Assembly: GCA_030141605.1 (NCBI GenBank)
Contig: JAQGDQ010000088.1
Location: 310,001 to 374,000 of the forward strand
Direction: 5' to 3'
DNA from: Tubiluchus corallicola
Lineage: Eukaryota; Animalia; Priapulida
DNA length: 64,000 nt
The notes under the pieces are model-generated. The model made no database searches. It was given only the letters and a program-made list of their open reading frames with translations, and had not been told where the DNA came from. The translations under genes and the position numbers were made by a program. Shown piece by piece: positions 39,231 through 54,200 of the stretch; position 1 is the first letter of the stretch, and each line of letters starts with the position of its first letter.

Positions 39231-42200
39231 TCACTTGTATTTTTCCATGAATTTCAAGTGGAAATCTTTCAGTCTGTGTAAGAAATCCTGAATTTTTTCT
39301 GGTGGTGGTAGAATTGTCATTCTACAAAAAAAGTAAATGACAATAAAATAAAATGTTGAGTTTATTACATTCAAGATTATTTATTTTGACTAAATCACGA
39401 CAGTTCTGCACGTCAAAAAATGGCTAGTGAAAGCTTAAAGAGTGATTCATAACAATTAAATTTTCTAGTTAATACACATTAATTGGTAGTTAATATTATC
39501 CATCTTTATAACAAAGTGTTTTATCCACCTTTATAGCAAATTGCTGTCTTTAAGGACAGGCTCTTACATAATATAATCCCTGTTAGCATAATGATTACAA
39601 TGTTTTAGGCTTTATAAACATTAGGAACTATAAGCAGGCTATTCAGCTTACTTTAGCCTTTTGAACTGGCAATCCAAATAACGAGGGTTCAATGCTTAGG
39701 TGAGGAACCTTAGTTTTTTTCCGATATTTTTGTAATTATAATTCTGCCAAGAAAGTGTAATCGAAAAGACATAAGTAGTCTTTTAGTATACTTGAAAAAT
39801 TGCAAATAAATGAGTGTAAGAAATTTTTTCCATTAAAATGTGAAATAAAATTGAAATTCTTGTTTACCTAAAGTGAAAGGTTCCTTCCTTTTGTCCAAAG
39901 CCGCTTCCAGGCACTACACAAAGGCCTTTCTCTTCTAACAGCTCATAAGCATACATAAAATCAACTTTTTGACCTTTAGCCTACAAAAATTAATGAAGAA
40001 CTAGTGTTAATTAGCAGTAACTTATAAACAGTTAACAATATACAAAAAAATAGATTTTTGTTAAAATGTGGAACACCTATGGTGGTATTTAAGTACGTGC
40101 AAGAACAATATTAATTACGTGATTGTTTCAAAAACATCTTTTGATGATGGGTTGCAGCCTTATTACAATGAGTTCCTTTTAGGGAAACAAAACACGCTTG
40201 GCTTAAAAAACGATGATAATAAATGTACATTCATAATGTAATTTTTTGCAGACATTGTTGAGTTGTAACCACTTGCAATATAAACAAATAGGTCTACATA
40301 CATTTCTATACAGACATTTTATACCTATAAATTTGTTTTGGTTCAAGTAGTTACTAACACGCAAAGAGAACTTTGAGACATTAATATATATTAGCCAAAC
40401 CCTGCAAAAATTTTGCGGACAAACCAACGACAACCTGTACCACACCACCCATGCCATGCCACACCCACCACACCACCTACCACACCACATCCACCACACC
40501 TCCCTCATCACACAATCCACAGCACCTTACACCACACCACACCTAGCACAACAACCCACTTTACACTCACCACTACGGCATACGATACCATACCACACCA
40601 CGCCACACCAAACCCACTCAACTCACATGACGATCATGATGATGACAATGACAACATCTGCAACACCAGCAGCACAGTATCACATCGAAATCATGCAAAA
40701 TATTTTGCACAAACTTAAAATACACAGACATTCTACATAGTTTTGCTTACTGCTTCTCTAATGATGGTAGGCTACATATTCAATCTATAACACATTAAAA
40801 TGGCGAGTGAAACCAATGCCTATAACAGCTGTAAAATTTTTCAAACTCATTGACAATGGGTGTTCCAAACAGGTTGCAGCTTTGGGGTGTTGAAAGAAAC
40901 TTCGAAATACACCCTTCCCGTTTCGCGTAGAGGACATCTCTCCTGGTGAAACCTTCAACACCTTGTAAACCGTTTCCATCTCTTTCCGAAAGTGTACTTA
41001 TTTTTTCCAGTATGCCCTGACAGTTGCACAAATCGAGTTTTTTTAGAGGCTGCTTATGCACTTTTTTGCAAAATTTGGGAGTGTGGGTCCAGGAACACTC
41101 CTGTTGCGGTAAACTGTGGCCATCCCTCGAACTCTAAATACACCTATAACATTGTAGAGCGAGCTATCCAACCATTACTGGCACCGCCCCTGGCATGTTC
41201 ACATTCACTAAAAATAAGTGGTGTAAGTTCTGCAAAATTTTGCAAAAAACGGTCAAAAAAGCGTATTTTTGGAGGTTTTTTGCCTCCTGTATCTCCCAGT
41301 GGGCCTGATTAAAAAAATAAACCCCCCACAGCTAATCTGTGGGTCGAAACCTTTCTTTTGGTATATAGGTCATCCCTCACGACCTTTCATTTAGCATACA
41401 GAAAATGGTACAGTCATCGGAGCTGTAGCACCGCTGGTATACGATTTTACCATTTCAGTTTATTGTCCTAAAGAAAAATTAGTGAAACTGAAAGTACCTA
41501 CAGACGGAACATCAGTTTTTAGAATATGACATTCGAGCAGTTTTTTCATCTGAATTTAACTTTTATCAAATAGCTTAGGTGACTCATAAAATATGAAACA
41601 TATCAAGGGACTAACAGGAAAAACTTTAGGACAAAATGCAGGACAATATTTCTGAGATGGGGATTTCCACTTGAAACTAACCTGAAAGTAACCACATTTG
41701 TTCTGGACGTCAGCCAGCCATACTTCTCTTAAGAACACAAATGTTGTTTTTCAAATACTTCTGATATTTGATTCAATTTATATATGGACCATGATGTGCA
41801 ATGTCGCATCTTAAAAAGATGTAATACTGCATTGTATAGTTAAAAATAATCTTTTCATTAAAGATTTCATATATATCTAATAAATGCACATTTTATAACT
41901 TGTAAGATACTTGCACACTTTGTAAGACCGCTAAAAACAACTATACATTTAAGTACCTTGGCAGCATCAATAGCTTTCTGTGGTAACTCTAATTTTGGGA
42001 AAGCATACATGGCACCTTGAACAACATTACAAGAAATACCAGGTAAACTGTTCAGCAATTCTACTGTCATCTTTGCCTTCATTTTAAGTTTATCAAGAAC
42101 ATCAGTTTTCTCCTGAAAGAGTCGTACAGAACAACTTTTAATTATCATTATCAAACAATTTCAAAACGTTGAATGTCTCTAAGGCATTAGCTGTAATCCT

Positions 42201-45200
42201 GTATGTTATTAAATATTGTTTCATGAAAACTTATTACTAATAATTGAAAAACAATACATCCTAATGCTGAATTGTCATTTAAATGTCTACTGTCTGATAA
42301 TATTTAAAATCAGACTCACACTTGTTTGTCATGCAAGAGCTGACACAACAACATTTTCAAATTGAGGGTACAAAATTCATTGTACATATCACTTTAAAAG
42401 AGTGGCTCAATAACTAAATTATTGTCTTTCGATTCTGTTGAAACTCATGTATATACCACGTAATAATCAGAACTGGTTTGCTTATATAATGAAAGCACGA
42501 GCATATCAGAACTGAACAAGCACATCTGGGAAAAATCCCCATAGAAATAAAAGCTACAAATTCTTGCCTTAATAAATAAATCATATGAAGGGTCACCAGG
42601 TTGAGGTGGAGCCGCTACACAGGCCATAGCTACCTAAAACATTAAAAATAAAGATTATCGATAAGTAGAAACTATAACATGTTTAGTTAACTTATTTTAT
42701 GTACATAAGTGCGCATTTGTGTAGTAAGCTCACAATTATTGCAGAGCCTTCAATGGAGTAAATTTTATTAAGAACTATGTATCATTGCGCCTGATTATGG
42801 GTGGTGAAGCATGAGAACTAACTTTTGCCAGATGGTAACAATAGCACAAGAATGGCATTTTCTCCAATGCAGCAATAACAGTAAGTTATATTTACCCTAA
42901 TGAGTTATAACAATTTTCTAGAAGTAAAAATCATACATTAGGTTATTCTTTGTTCATGTGCTCTTACAGTCTAGAATGCACACTTGGTGCTTAGAACTAA
43001 AGGAAAAACAGCGTACCTCTATAAAAGAGGAAATGTAAACGTTTCTTATAAAACCTCAAAATTGACGAATGAAGCCAGAAGATGGAGCATCATTAAAAAA
43101 TGCAAAGCCAAAGGCGAACAGTTAAGCACGTCAAGTGAAATCAAATTATTACAATATAGTTGTCAAATGCTTACCTGCCCAGATACAGGGGGACACAGCT
43201 TTGCGGTGACAGATTTCCGTAACATGAGTACAACATCTGGATCAAAGTTAACATATTCACAATAGCCTCCTCGATAACCACATCTACGAGAAAAGAGATG
43301 TACTACAGCAACAACAATACCTTTCATCATTAAAATATCATTTCTGCCTATAATAAAACTTTCATTAAAAGTATAGTTCTTTTTGCATAAATAAATTTCT
43401 ATAAAATCTAGCACTAAAATAAGAAATGTGGCACCCAATTGATGGTAAGAAACCCACAATTAACTGTGTTTAGAAACCAAGCCTTGAATACTGAAATGTG
43501 AAGAAGTTGGAACTGGTTAAGGCTTTGAACCAGGGACGTTCTGCTTGCAGGGCATATGCTATAACCACTACAGTACTGCGTTTCCCAGCGATTATAACAG
43601 TCCAAAGCCCATCTCTTATATCTGGCCTGTAGTTCGGCACATCCAAAGTGAGATCACTTGAGATGAACTCATGTATACAGTGTGGAGTGTGCTAGTCTAG
43701 CGGTTACGGCATCTGTCTTGTAAGCAGAGGATTCCTGTTTCACATCCTAATGTGTTCAACTTTTTTACATTTCTCTTTTTTCAAAATTCTAACCAAAATT
43801 CAATTAACTGTGGATTTTCACCATCAGTAATATAATCTTGATACTGAGATTGTTTAGTGACTTCTAATTACCTCAATGAAGCAAATTTTGTTTAATATTT
43901 GTTGTCACTCAAAATCTCTGTGCTGAAAACTGCTAGCTTAATACATATTCCAATAAAATGAGATGTTGCTTTCCAAATGGCACACAATGTAAAAAATTGT
44001 CTCATAAATGGAAAATGGCAATGCTACAAAATAGTTTTATTATTTGACAGGCAGAACAACACATTGCTGTCACAAACAAAAGTAATCCATAATCATATAA
44101 ATAATGCATCAGCTGTACAGTTATACAGTAAAAGTACCTACTCTCCCATATATCCTTTTGAGACGGACATAAAAGACGCCAATTCTGACTTTGCATAATG
44201 TCCACCTAATTCAGTCATTGTCTTTTTAAATGAATGAAATTGTCTGTCAGGTGCATAAATATTATCTTGGTACACCTAAATGGAAAAAGCATAAGCATTA
44301 ATGAATTTAACCACACTAGAAAAACTCAAAGAAGTGTCAAAGTGGGATTTAGGTTCGAACTAGACTAAGTAATGTGAAAATTCAATAGCGAATGCTTACA
44401 TTTTTAAATCTAGTTAGCATCCAAGTAATCCAAACATTTATTTGCTATTTTTTAACTTTCTTTGACAACTGAAAGAAATCAAGAAAAAAGTAATTGGACA
44501 ATCAACAAGTTGTATAACCACTGTTTGCAGAAAACAGCTCAAAGCTTGACTATTATGTATATGATATAATGCATTTGGTTTCATTTTGATTATCCTGATA
44601 ATAATTATGTTCCAAAAACAGCCCAAGTATAAATGTATTTGGACAGTAAACTATGGGATAGCAATGCAATGCTTTTGATTTCTAATGTGCAATAGCTATC
44701 CCTTGCTATGAGATATTAAGAATGAAGTATTAACAAACCTCGTCTGCAAGCATAACAAGTTTTTCTTCATTAGCAAACTTAATGATGCTTTCAATATTTT
44801 CTCTCGTGAGAACTTGACCTATCAACAAGGAATGGTCTATGAATAATAAAAATACTTCAGCACTGAACATTCTGAAGAATTCCGTTTAGTTATAAAAAAA
44901 ACTCCAAAATACAAAAAAATGCTATAAACTGATATTTATATAACAAATGCATACATGGAAATAATACCTGCTGTTCCTTTCATAAATGGTAGTACATAAT
45001 ACATGCACAAGTACTGCACAATATTTTCTATTTAGCAGTAATGCAGTGTTATGTTTCATAAAGATTATTTCAATTCTTTTTTGCCCAAAAAACTAAGAGC
45101 TTGAAAGTATGCAGTTGTTGTTAACTGTTTGGTGTTTGGCAGTTGAGCCAGAATAGTTTCTATATCTGTACAGGCTCAGTTGGTGGTTGCCTACTCAGTC

Positions 45201-48200
45201 AATGCCAAAGTACTAGGTATATGAGTGTTGCAATCAAGTCTATCAGCTCAAGTCCAAGTCGAATACCAAATCTTTCGCGTTCAAGTCCGAGTCAAGTTTC
45301 AATTCACTTTGGCCCAAGACCAAGTCAAGTCTCGAGTCATTAAGCCCAACCCAAGTCAAGTCTCGATTCATTAAGCGAAAGTCCAAGTCGAGTTTTGAGT
45401 CCTCATGTCTACCACTGAATAGTGTCGTAGTCATGTTAGTGTGGCCAATTTCAACTACAAGGATTTAATCGATTCTCAAGCTCCTGTTTAATAGTAATAA
45501 ACTATTCTTGTTAATTTTGGTGTTATTTTGCTTACTGCTGCACTAAAGTTATTGGGTCATGTTGACGTTTTAAATTGTGCCATATATCAGACTATTTGTG
45601 GAAGACACATTATTTTACAAATGGTTTTATGCTTTATTCGTAAATTTGCAGTAGTGTTATAGTGAGTATCTATATAACGAAAAAGTGACATTACAATCAG
45701 TAGAGCTAACTGTAGACTATAATCAGTAGAACTATGAGTATAGTCTACAAGAAGTTATTCAAGTTACATTTAAGAAATACCATGTCAAACATCAAACAAA
45801 CTTGAGTATTGTTACTAATAAATCACTTCAATTAATGGGCACACTAGTAGCTAGACAACTGAATACTATATTAGTCAGTTTAAAATGCCTGCTGTTAAAA
45901 AAAATCTATGATGCATTTTGAATTTTTCTCATGCAATGTCGAGGGTACGTTTAATGTCTTAATAACACAGAAATATTTTAACCAAGCGTAGATGCAAACA
46001 CTGCAGTGAAACTACAGCCTTTAAGAATTACGCTTTAGGCATAACACAAGCATGACTATAGACAACAAAAACCGATCAAATGTGAAGTTGAAATGCTTCT
46101 GCAAGTAATAACGATGTAACTACTTCGTTATAACATCAATAATTATTGTTTGTTTTACTGTTTGTGCAGTACGAGTCCGAATCAAGTTGCTAGTCCTTTA
46201 TTACAAGTCTGACTCAAGTCTCAAGTCAGCAACACTCAAGTCCAAGTCTAAAGTAAATTGCAAGTCCAGTCAGACTCAAGTCTGAGTCTGAGACTCGAGT
46301 ACTACAACGTTGATATACATACCCGTGGGATTCCCTGGATTAATAACCACAATGGCACGTGGTGTAGAATGCTTTCTGCCCTCACTAATTGCTCTTTGCA
46401 ACTCAGGCAATTCAAGACTCCAGTTAGATTCTTCATTCAAATAGTAACCAATCTGCAAATATAAATTGCATAAAAAAGTTGTTTTGAATAGAAAAAAAGG
46501 TCACGTATTGCTTTGACAACGTCTCTCTGAATTCAAAGTGCTTTTTAAGGATGTTTTACATAGCTTTTTTGCCTTTAATACAAAAAAAGAAAATTCTACC
46601 AATAAAACATACAAACATATAGACAATTCTGCATTTATCCTAACTAATGTACATTTTACTTATTTGTGAAAAACTGAAAGCACGATTAGATTGATATATT
46701 TTCTCTATTTTTTTACAAAAACATTTATTCTGTTTACATTAAAGGAGCTGCGAAATTTTAATGAAATTCAAACTGAAATTAAGATGTTTAATCATAGTAC
46801 TCGAGTACAGCCAAGAGACATATGCACATATTAATAAGTAAGGTAAAGTAAGGTGAAAATGTAACATGGCCAACACAGTTAACATGTTGCTCAATATGCA
46901 GCAAATAGCTGTATGTGGCAATTTACTTATCACTATATAAGCTCACTGTGTAGCAAATAACAAAAAAAGTAAAATGATATACATGTAGTTATCTTACTGG
47001 ATGTATGTCATATTCGGCTAAAGTAGCCGAATACAATGGATACTGCGGTATTGGAATCATAATTCCAGTCTTCTTGGCACCATCTGGTTGCTTTAACAAT
47101 TTTAGAATAGCCTAAAATACAGAATAATGAGGATACTGAATATTGCATGAAGAAAAACCAAAATAAATCAAGTCTATCAATTGATGAATAACTTGCCAAT
47201 AACAGTAGGCTTAAACATATAATGACAAAACAACACTAGTAGTTATATTATGATTATTGTCATGAAGCTAAATTATGCAACATTTAAGTTAAAGAATAAG
47301 ATCATGCAATTTCCAAATAAATGCTGAAAAATTGGTAATGCAAGCTCATAGACTGCGTACACACTCATTCAAAACACTGTCATTGTGGAATTTGCTAGTG
47401 TCAAAGGATCATGTGGCTACCAAAAATGGCAGCAAAATTTGAATGTTATTTAAGTGTGACAATATCAATATCTTGAATTTCGTCAGTCTTGGTTACGATT
47501 CTCAGAATGAACAAAAAATAATAATGTGCAGTAATGACTTAGCTAAAAGAGCCCATTGCATAATAATTGTACTATTTTAAAGAAACTTCTTTCCTATTTT
47601 GCTGTGAATACAAAGCAACCAGCATTTTATCAAGCTGTTTTACATTGAATTTTTTTGTGAAATTACTGTAACAAAAAATGTCCAGTTTAATTGTACAACA
47701 TCGATATACGTGGTAGACTCAATGCAGCGAGCAGACATGTCAGGCTGTGTAATGTCACCATTATAAGTTAATGTTACTTCACTCCACATAGAAGTATTAT
47801 AATAATAATGGAATAATAATTTATAATCTTTAAAGTATAATTTTTTCATTGAATCAGTTATTAATCTACACAGTTTTTTTGTTTTTGAAACACGTACTTT
47901 GATCCCATCACTAGCTCCTGTACAACACATGATGTAATTTGGATCTGCTGGTATTCCACCATCTCTTCTTTTTATGTATGCTGCTATGTCTTGCCGAATA
48001 TATTCAATACCAGGGCTTTCGGTGTATGAACCTATATCACAACACAAAATGATTTTTTACATTCTATCCTAAGCTTAGGGTCAACAATGTAAACGTACTA
48101 CCCGTGGAGCAATATTCATGCCACCTTATAACTTCAATAGTAAATGTCAGAGCATAACAAAGCAGGTCTTGCAAATGTGAGTTCTTTAACATTAAGATAG

Positions 48201-51200
48201 CGTCGCTATTTGCCACTTTGAAGAAACAGGCCCATTGTGTGCTGCTATGCAATTTTTCAGTGATAACAGGCTATCTAGTTTGTACTACAGTTATGTGTAA
48301 AAAGTGAATAAGTAAATAACTGATATCAGCAAAAAAAAACCATTGCTAACCTTGAATAGAGGATAACATAATTTTTACAAAAAGTTTCAACAGCGTTACA
48401 CCAAGTTTCTGTGAAGGTGACAAATTAAGTAGTTTAGAATTTAATTTAACGAATGATCAGTTTGAGGGTATTTCTGCAAAGCTTACAGTTTTCTAAAGAA
48501 TGGTTTACCAAATGTTACTTTAGCTTTTCTATACTTAGCTTTTCTATACATTATACTCTATTTCAATATACACATGTAACCATTTTTCCACATCTCGCAT
48601 GTGTTCCAAAGCAAAATATTTGCAAAACACAATCATCAATCAATTTGATAAATTTAGTTATACAATTTAGATGTGCAGAGATATCTTAGTTACTTTCAGA
48701 TGCATATATATATATATACTTATTTTGATCAGTCGTACAGACATCCTATTTTCGGAACATTGTGAACAGGAGGACAGTACGACTGATCAAAATAAGTATT
48801 AACCCAGGTGAGCGCCCATCCATTTACTAACCAAGCTCTACCTGAGAACAGTTATTTGATGAAAATCAATTCTATACTAATACCGACTTTGGATTAATAA
48901 GAATTTTTACAGTTTTCATTTCCTTTTTTGATCAATTAACTGCAAAGTTAATAAGCGCTTGCGAACTAGTTACAAGCACACAAGCATAGATTACTGTATA
49001 GCAAGTACAATCAATCATCTTCATAGTAACATTCTTCAACGATTTTCTTGCATACAAATTTAACATTTACTAGCTGACATTTAATGAGAACTAAGAATAG
49101 GAGTTGTTATTATTTACATAGTGGCAGCTCTACAACATGAACTTGCAAACACTTTGCACTGGGTAGAATCTTTATATAGGTCAGCTGTTCTCAATAACCC
49201 CTGCACACTGAAATAGCACATGCCTATAGTGCAGCGAGTAAGCTTTTTTAATGTGTGAAGCTGCACTGATCTTGGTGTTCAGCAAGGCTCAATGTTGAAC
49301 AAGAAAATATTAAAATAACTGCAATCTGTATTAACGTATGTAGACCATTGCAGCCAGAAAACACAATAAATAAAATGAATAACTTGATCTGCTGGCTGTG
49401 TCATTTTATTTTACTGCATTCTCGGCCTTCAGTTAGACTCTCCAAGGTGATGAAATAACTCCAGCAGAAGGCCAAGAATTTGGTGCTTTTAAAATAAAAG
49501 ACTAAACCAAGTTATTCATTTTCGTTTTAACAAATTACGTATTTATTTAAAAAGCATAAATTAATTACATTTTTTCCTTAATAAATGTGCATTTTACAAT
49601 TGTCTGCAACTGCTTAGTTTTATATCTAGTATAAAATCAAAGTCAACATGATTAGAATTGAAAAAAATGTTGAAAGTTTGCAAAATTTCTGAAATAAATG
49701 AAATGCAAAATACATTATTTTATAGCAGATCAATGACAAGCTTAGGAAAAAAATATGACCATAACAGCACCAAAATTTTAAATTACAAATAACTTATTAA
49801 TAACAAGTGGTTAGACTAAAACTATGAATTGTCTTTGCTTGAATTGAAAGTCACAGAGTGTGTTTAAATGATTAAGTTTTTGATTCCTTTGTATTTTAAA
49901 AAAGAATGTTAAGTGTGCAAAAAGACAACACAGCAAAAGCAGAAATCACAACTGCAGTATTTAGGCCTTGATAAAGCTGGTTTCACTTGTTTTATTTCAA
50001 GACAATTAGTTCACACCATAAGCTCTACTCTAAGTTACAATGGAGATTTGAATAAGTTTTCTAACAATCCCTCTACAAAAAAGTTCTTTGTATCTCAAGA
50101 TTGCATGAACTGACAGGTTATCATTAAAGCAGGACTAAATAAATTATTAGGTGTCAAAATGCAGTTTAGAACTACATTTAAAAATTAACAAAAAGCCTTG
50201 TACAGGCAATAATAACCTGCAATAGTTTTGGTGTGACATTTAATAATGCATGCGCGCATTCAGTAAAACCAAAAAAACATAAATAAAATGCTATTGTATT
50301 CATCAGAATGTTTCTTGCTGGATTTACAAAAATTACACCAGACTATACTCTAGAAATGGCCAAAAATAATTATGGATTATATCAAGCAGGCAGTCAATTT
50401 GCTTATTAAACTGTAGGTGTATGGAAACTGTGAAATGCGTGATTTTATGTATATAATATTGAAAACTATATTTAGTCTAGGCCAGGAGTAAGACATTCCA
50501 ACTCTTCGATTGGATCGGAAGAATCCCAATTTTAATGGTAACTTCCCTTTCTGCAGACTTTGAAATATTTCTAATGATTTTCCACCATCAGTTACTTCAA
50601 AATTAGATAACATGCATCACAGCAAAAGAGCAGCATTCCTCCGTTTGCCATAATGAAATCGACCATCTATTTTGTTAGACAAGGAGAAAAAATCTTCTGG
50701 AAAGCAGCAGGTAAAATAGAAGTGAGTCATTTGCTTGAGAACGGACAAAAATTATACATAACTGTCAGTAATATTTTTGCTTAAAGGTTTAAAGCGGTAT
50801 TTCTTATCAGGGACTTCATTTGGACATTTGAAAAAAATTGTCAGGTTTTCCTAAGTGTCTAAAAAGTAAGGAGCACTTTTTTAAAGAGTTAAAAAGTGAT
50901 GTCTGAAAGGCATTTCTACTAGTTTCACCTTCCTTTTCCTTTTGAACCTCACATTTAGTCAGACATGCCGTCTTCTCAAGATCAAACCCATCCTCGGTCC
51001 AAAGTGCAGAGATCAAAACTTTGCTGTCTGTTTTTTTCTTGTGAACCACACGATCAAACCTAACAAGCCACTGTTCTTTTACAATTTTGTCTTTTGGAAA
51101 ATGTAAAAACCGATCACTGTTTGTCAAAAGCATTGCTTGAGCAGCGCAAAGCAACAAGACATTTAAAAAACAGAAAATTAGCCGCGTTGCTATCAGAAAA

Positions 51201-54200
51201 CAGGCCAGCACGAGATACCAGTGATGTCATGCTAAAATTTTTGCACCTTGTGCCTCATTACTAACATTTCTTCGGTTATGATATATGGTGTATTAAAGTA
51301 TGTGTGGACAATTAACGTTAACAGTACCGTCAGTGCTGCTTTAAGAATAAAGCTCATGAAAGACAAAAACAAAAATACGTAAATAGAAATCTAAAAAACA
51401 GTGAATTAAAACTCCTTAAACATCTAATTAACAAAAGCGGATACGTAAATATAATTACCTATACTACCACCACCGCATCCAGCAAGAATCCGCTTTGCCT
51501 TAGCAACAACATCAGCTGGAAACTGTCCGGTTTCCATCAATGGAGGATACGTACAACATGCTAAAACCTGTACATATTGACTTAAATCATTTAGAAAATT
51601 GTTCAGAGCTTCAAATAAGGTTTAGAATCTGTCATTGGAATGAAGAATTTCATTGCAAAATACAAAAATCTCATCAAGTGAGGAAACGGAATAACAAAAT
51701 TTTCTTTAAAATGATTCGTCCGTTAAACAGTGACCAAGATGTTCTGGCATCATTAAACAGTGTTCAGCACTCTTAAACAAAATTGTTAACGAAAACACTG
51801 CTTCAAGTTCTGAAAATAGAAATGATGTCATGTACCCTATTAATGCAGATGCTAAGAAAAGCACAGCAGAGTCTAGTATGTGCTGGATTATCTGCTGTGG
51901 TTACCTGTCTTGAGGTCAGATTTCTTTTATAGTAAAATCACTGCCTATCCAATGTCTACAATAGGGGCACAATGGACATTATAATGATGAAGAAAAAATG
52001 CTAATTCAAAAATCTGACTAAAAATCTCAAAATCAAAAATTGATAAAGAAATCAAATAAGCATTAATCTCAGAATAAAAATACAAAATACAGTGGTAAAT
52101 TTGGTAAAAAAAACAAAAAACACTTAATGCATTTACTAAGAAGAAAATACAATGTGACGTGAACAAAATACACACCTGCCTAATAAAGGTGATGTATGAT
52201 TGCCCTACAGCATGGCAATCACCGATGTTGCATCGAATAACATCTTCAAATGGAAACTTCTTTCCCTGATTAAATAAAATACAAAAGTGACTCAGGATAC
52301 TGAAAGGATAAAACATGAAATAATGTAAGAAATGTTGATATTTGCAATGTAAGTCGAAGGGCTGGGTATTGGAAAGTTTGCATCAATGGTACAAATTTTA
52401 TGTTACAGTTTTTTAGAAACGGTCTTTGAAGCTAGGAATCACAGTGTAATCAGAAAAATCAGGGCAGTGATATTCACAGGTAATATAATGTTGTTTAATG
52501 TATCACTGCTAATAATTTTTCAGATTAAGTTAAAGTTTTTTTTAGATAAACCACGGTTTTTATACTTCAAATCTGCTTTGCCTCCCTACCTATGCAGTGT
52601 AGTTTAGTTTTCATAATTTTTCCCGAAGAGTGTGTTCAGAAATAGCTGATCGTAAATAACATCCCACTAAAATTTGATTGCAGGAAAATTTATGTAATCA
52701 ATGGCAAAACAATATTACTCGCACACTGATACAAGAATTAGATCAAAAAGTATCATACAGACAGTACAAGAAACAGGTATATAAAATACTGTGTCTGGTA
52801 ACTACTGAATTATCCAATAATGTCATATTCAACATTATTTAACATAAAAATGATGATAATACAGGCAATCATAGCACAGCAGTCAATAAAATTTATTACC
52901 TCTCTGAGTTCTTTCTGTATTTCTGTAGCCCTGATGACGAGAGGACCTCTGACACTGTACTCCATTTTGACTATGCAAGGATTCAATGTGTCCATGGTAA
53001 GGACTTTACTGGTATCTCCTGATGACATTCTAGCAGCGACAGTAGTGACCTAGTAAGAATATAAGCTCTAAAAAACTTTTGCATTGATTATAAATTTGAC
53101 CTCTGACCACCTGTACGATGCATGAAATTTGCATACTGTGCTATAAAGTAAAATAACAACACGAGGAGAAACACAGACCAGTGTATGCATAAATAGTAAC
53201 AATTAGCATAAATTCAAAGTTTTTTTACAAGAGGGCAGAAATCTTGCACATTAAAGCTATTTTCAAATTTATTGACATCCAGACATCAAAAATTGCATTG
53301 CTTCTTCAGAAGCTTGTCAATGTGTCTAATCCGGTCAGTGTAACTTGGTGATACTAATTTAAGCTCGAATTTCATCATAGCGTAATTAATTTTGGAAAAC
53401 CAGTTTCTGCATAGCCCATAGTAAGTTCCTACTACGGAAATCAAAAGACACGGTAAAAACATACTAAAATAGAAAAAATCTTGCAAACAATGCCAAGTTA
53501 TAATGTCACAAGTCACAACAGCTAAGTTCCCCTTTTTCCAAGAAGCTGGTCAGGTCAAAGTGACCTTCCACAGTCACTACTTGAGCTGTATCACCTGTAT
53601 CTATTGGTTATCCTATGCAACACAACAATTATGCAGAAAACTAAGTTCACTTCATGAGAATCACAATTCACGGAAGGTTCGCAACGGGTTCCCAACATTG
53701 TTCCTAAATTAAATGCCATAGTGTCATTATTAGTCACGACTCATGATCTTCATCACTTAGCAACATTATACAGTGGTGATAATAAAAATTTTTTTCATTA
53801 ATTTTTAATTTGTGATAAAGACAAGGTTTCCCTCCTCGGTTCCTGCTATGTTTGATTGTCAGCTAAGGCTATTCTCCTGGAACCTTTACTGCCAAGCAAT
53901 GATCACTACCACAGTTAGCTGAATTGCTGCTGTAACAGCATAGTAGTTTTTCTTAAATCAGCACGAATAGCACAGGGCACAAGTTGACGTCGAACAATCA
54001 ATGAATAAAACTAAAGTAGTTCACAATATGTGACCGGTCATCATTGCAAAATAGGCTAAGTATTGTAAACTGTAAAATTAATTCAAGAATGCTCGAAATG
54101 TCTGTGAATATTGCAAAGGTTAGAAAGCCTGATGCAATAATTTCCAGGTGCTTAATAAAATACAGTAAAGTTGCTTATTGGCTCCTTACAGCAGCATGTC

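Noticed and set aside
40413-40740. His/Thr/Pro-rich ORFs (also 2261-2494)
   Set aside because: Translations of the CACCA microsatellite within a repeat family.
43685-43757. Functional tRNA-Thr(UGU) gene
   Set aside because: Acceptor and T stems are badly mispaired and the B-box is decayed; treated as a tRNA-derived repeat.
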